Shown here piece after piece: positions 63,794-64,000 of a DNA stretch of 64,000 nt. The notes below the pieces were generated by a model. That model worked only from the letters and a program-made list of their open reading frames with translations. It was not told the origin of the DNA and did not search any database. Positions within the stretch are counted from its first letter, which is position 1. Each line of letters opens with the position of its first letter. This DNA comes from a virus: positions 11,765-75,764 of the IMG/VR virus record IMGVR_UViG_3300031251_000011; one strand, given 5' to 3'. The position numbers and the translations under genes were made by a program.

Positions 63794-64000
63794 CGATGGC
63801 CGAACCCGACGACAGCGCCGACTTCGAGAAGCGCCTCACGTGGAACAAGGGCGACCTGAAGGTCTACGGGCCGGACGGCAAGGAGGTCGACGTCAGCACT
63901 CTGAAGGAGGAGGAAGACGAAGAGGAGGACAACCCGCTGGCGGCCTTCCCCCTGTCCCCCGCGGCAGAGGAGCCCGAGGCTGACAGCGCCGGCCCGACCG
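63790..64000 (+). CDS. Acidic hypothetical protein, 3'-truncated
   Basis: Frame stays open to the window end. Confidence 0.5.
   Translation, partial: MTMAEPDDSADFEKRLTWNKGDLKVYGPDGKEVDVSTLKEEEDEEEDNPLAAFPLSPAAEEPEADSAGPT

Noticed and set aside
1320-63956. GACAGGGGG as a KOPS (GGGNAGGG) signal
   Set aside because: It does not match the KOPS consensus and shows no consistent strand polarity.

Overview
The window is most of a high-GC (about two-thirds G+C, judged by eye) tailed dsDNA phage genome with a contractile tail. Its head and tail genes resemble the Bcep781/PB1-type set: DUF1073 portal, DUF2213 protease/scaffold, DUF2184 capsid, DUF3383 sheath, DUF2612 wedge. An alphaproteobacterial-type host is a guess. 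There are three blocks. (i) 1-11.2 kb, + strand: early/accessory genes (resolvase-like nuclease, XRE regulator, NADAR, DUF2786, TopoVI-A/TOPRIM protein, SF1 helicase, many small ORFs) with repeated promoters and repeated leader/intergenic hairpins. (ii) 11.5-48.4 kb, - strand: one ~37 kb late operon running from an RfaH/NusG paralogue through terminase, head, neck, tail, baseplate and fibres to lysis. (iii) 48.7-64 kb, + strand: replication/nucleotide/DNA-modification genes (SNF2 helicase, GIY-YIG endonuclease, SSB-like, AEP primase, class II RNR, HNH, second SF1 helicase, MBD4-like glycosylase, C5 methyltransferase). I saw no integrase, DNA polymerase, tRNA or CRISPR array. The most notable observations are: an MBD4-type glycosylase coupled to a C5-MTase whose C-terminal domain is shared with a neighbouring Lys/Ala-rich protein; a phage RfaH with an ops-core sequence just upstream; three signal-peptide-bearing proteins inserted in the baseplate operon; one ~55-aa beta-rich module grafted into five virion proteins; a dispersed 9-mer (GACAGGGGG, at least 15 copies); and covarying RNA-like hairpins in early leaders. 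All protein calls come from motif recognition by eye, not database searches.
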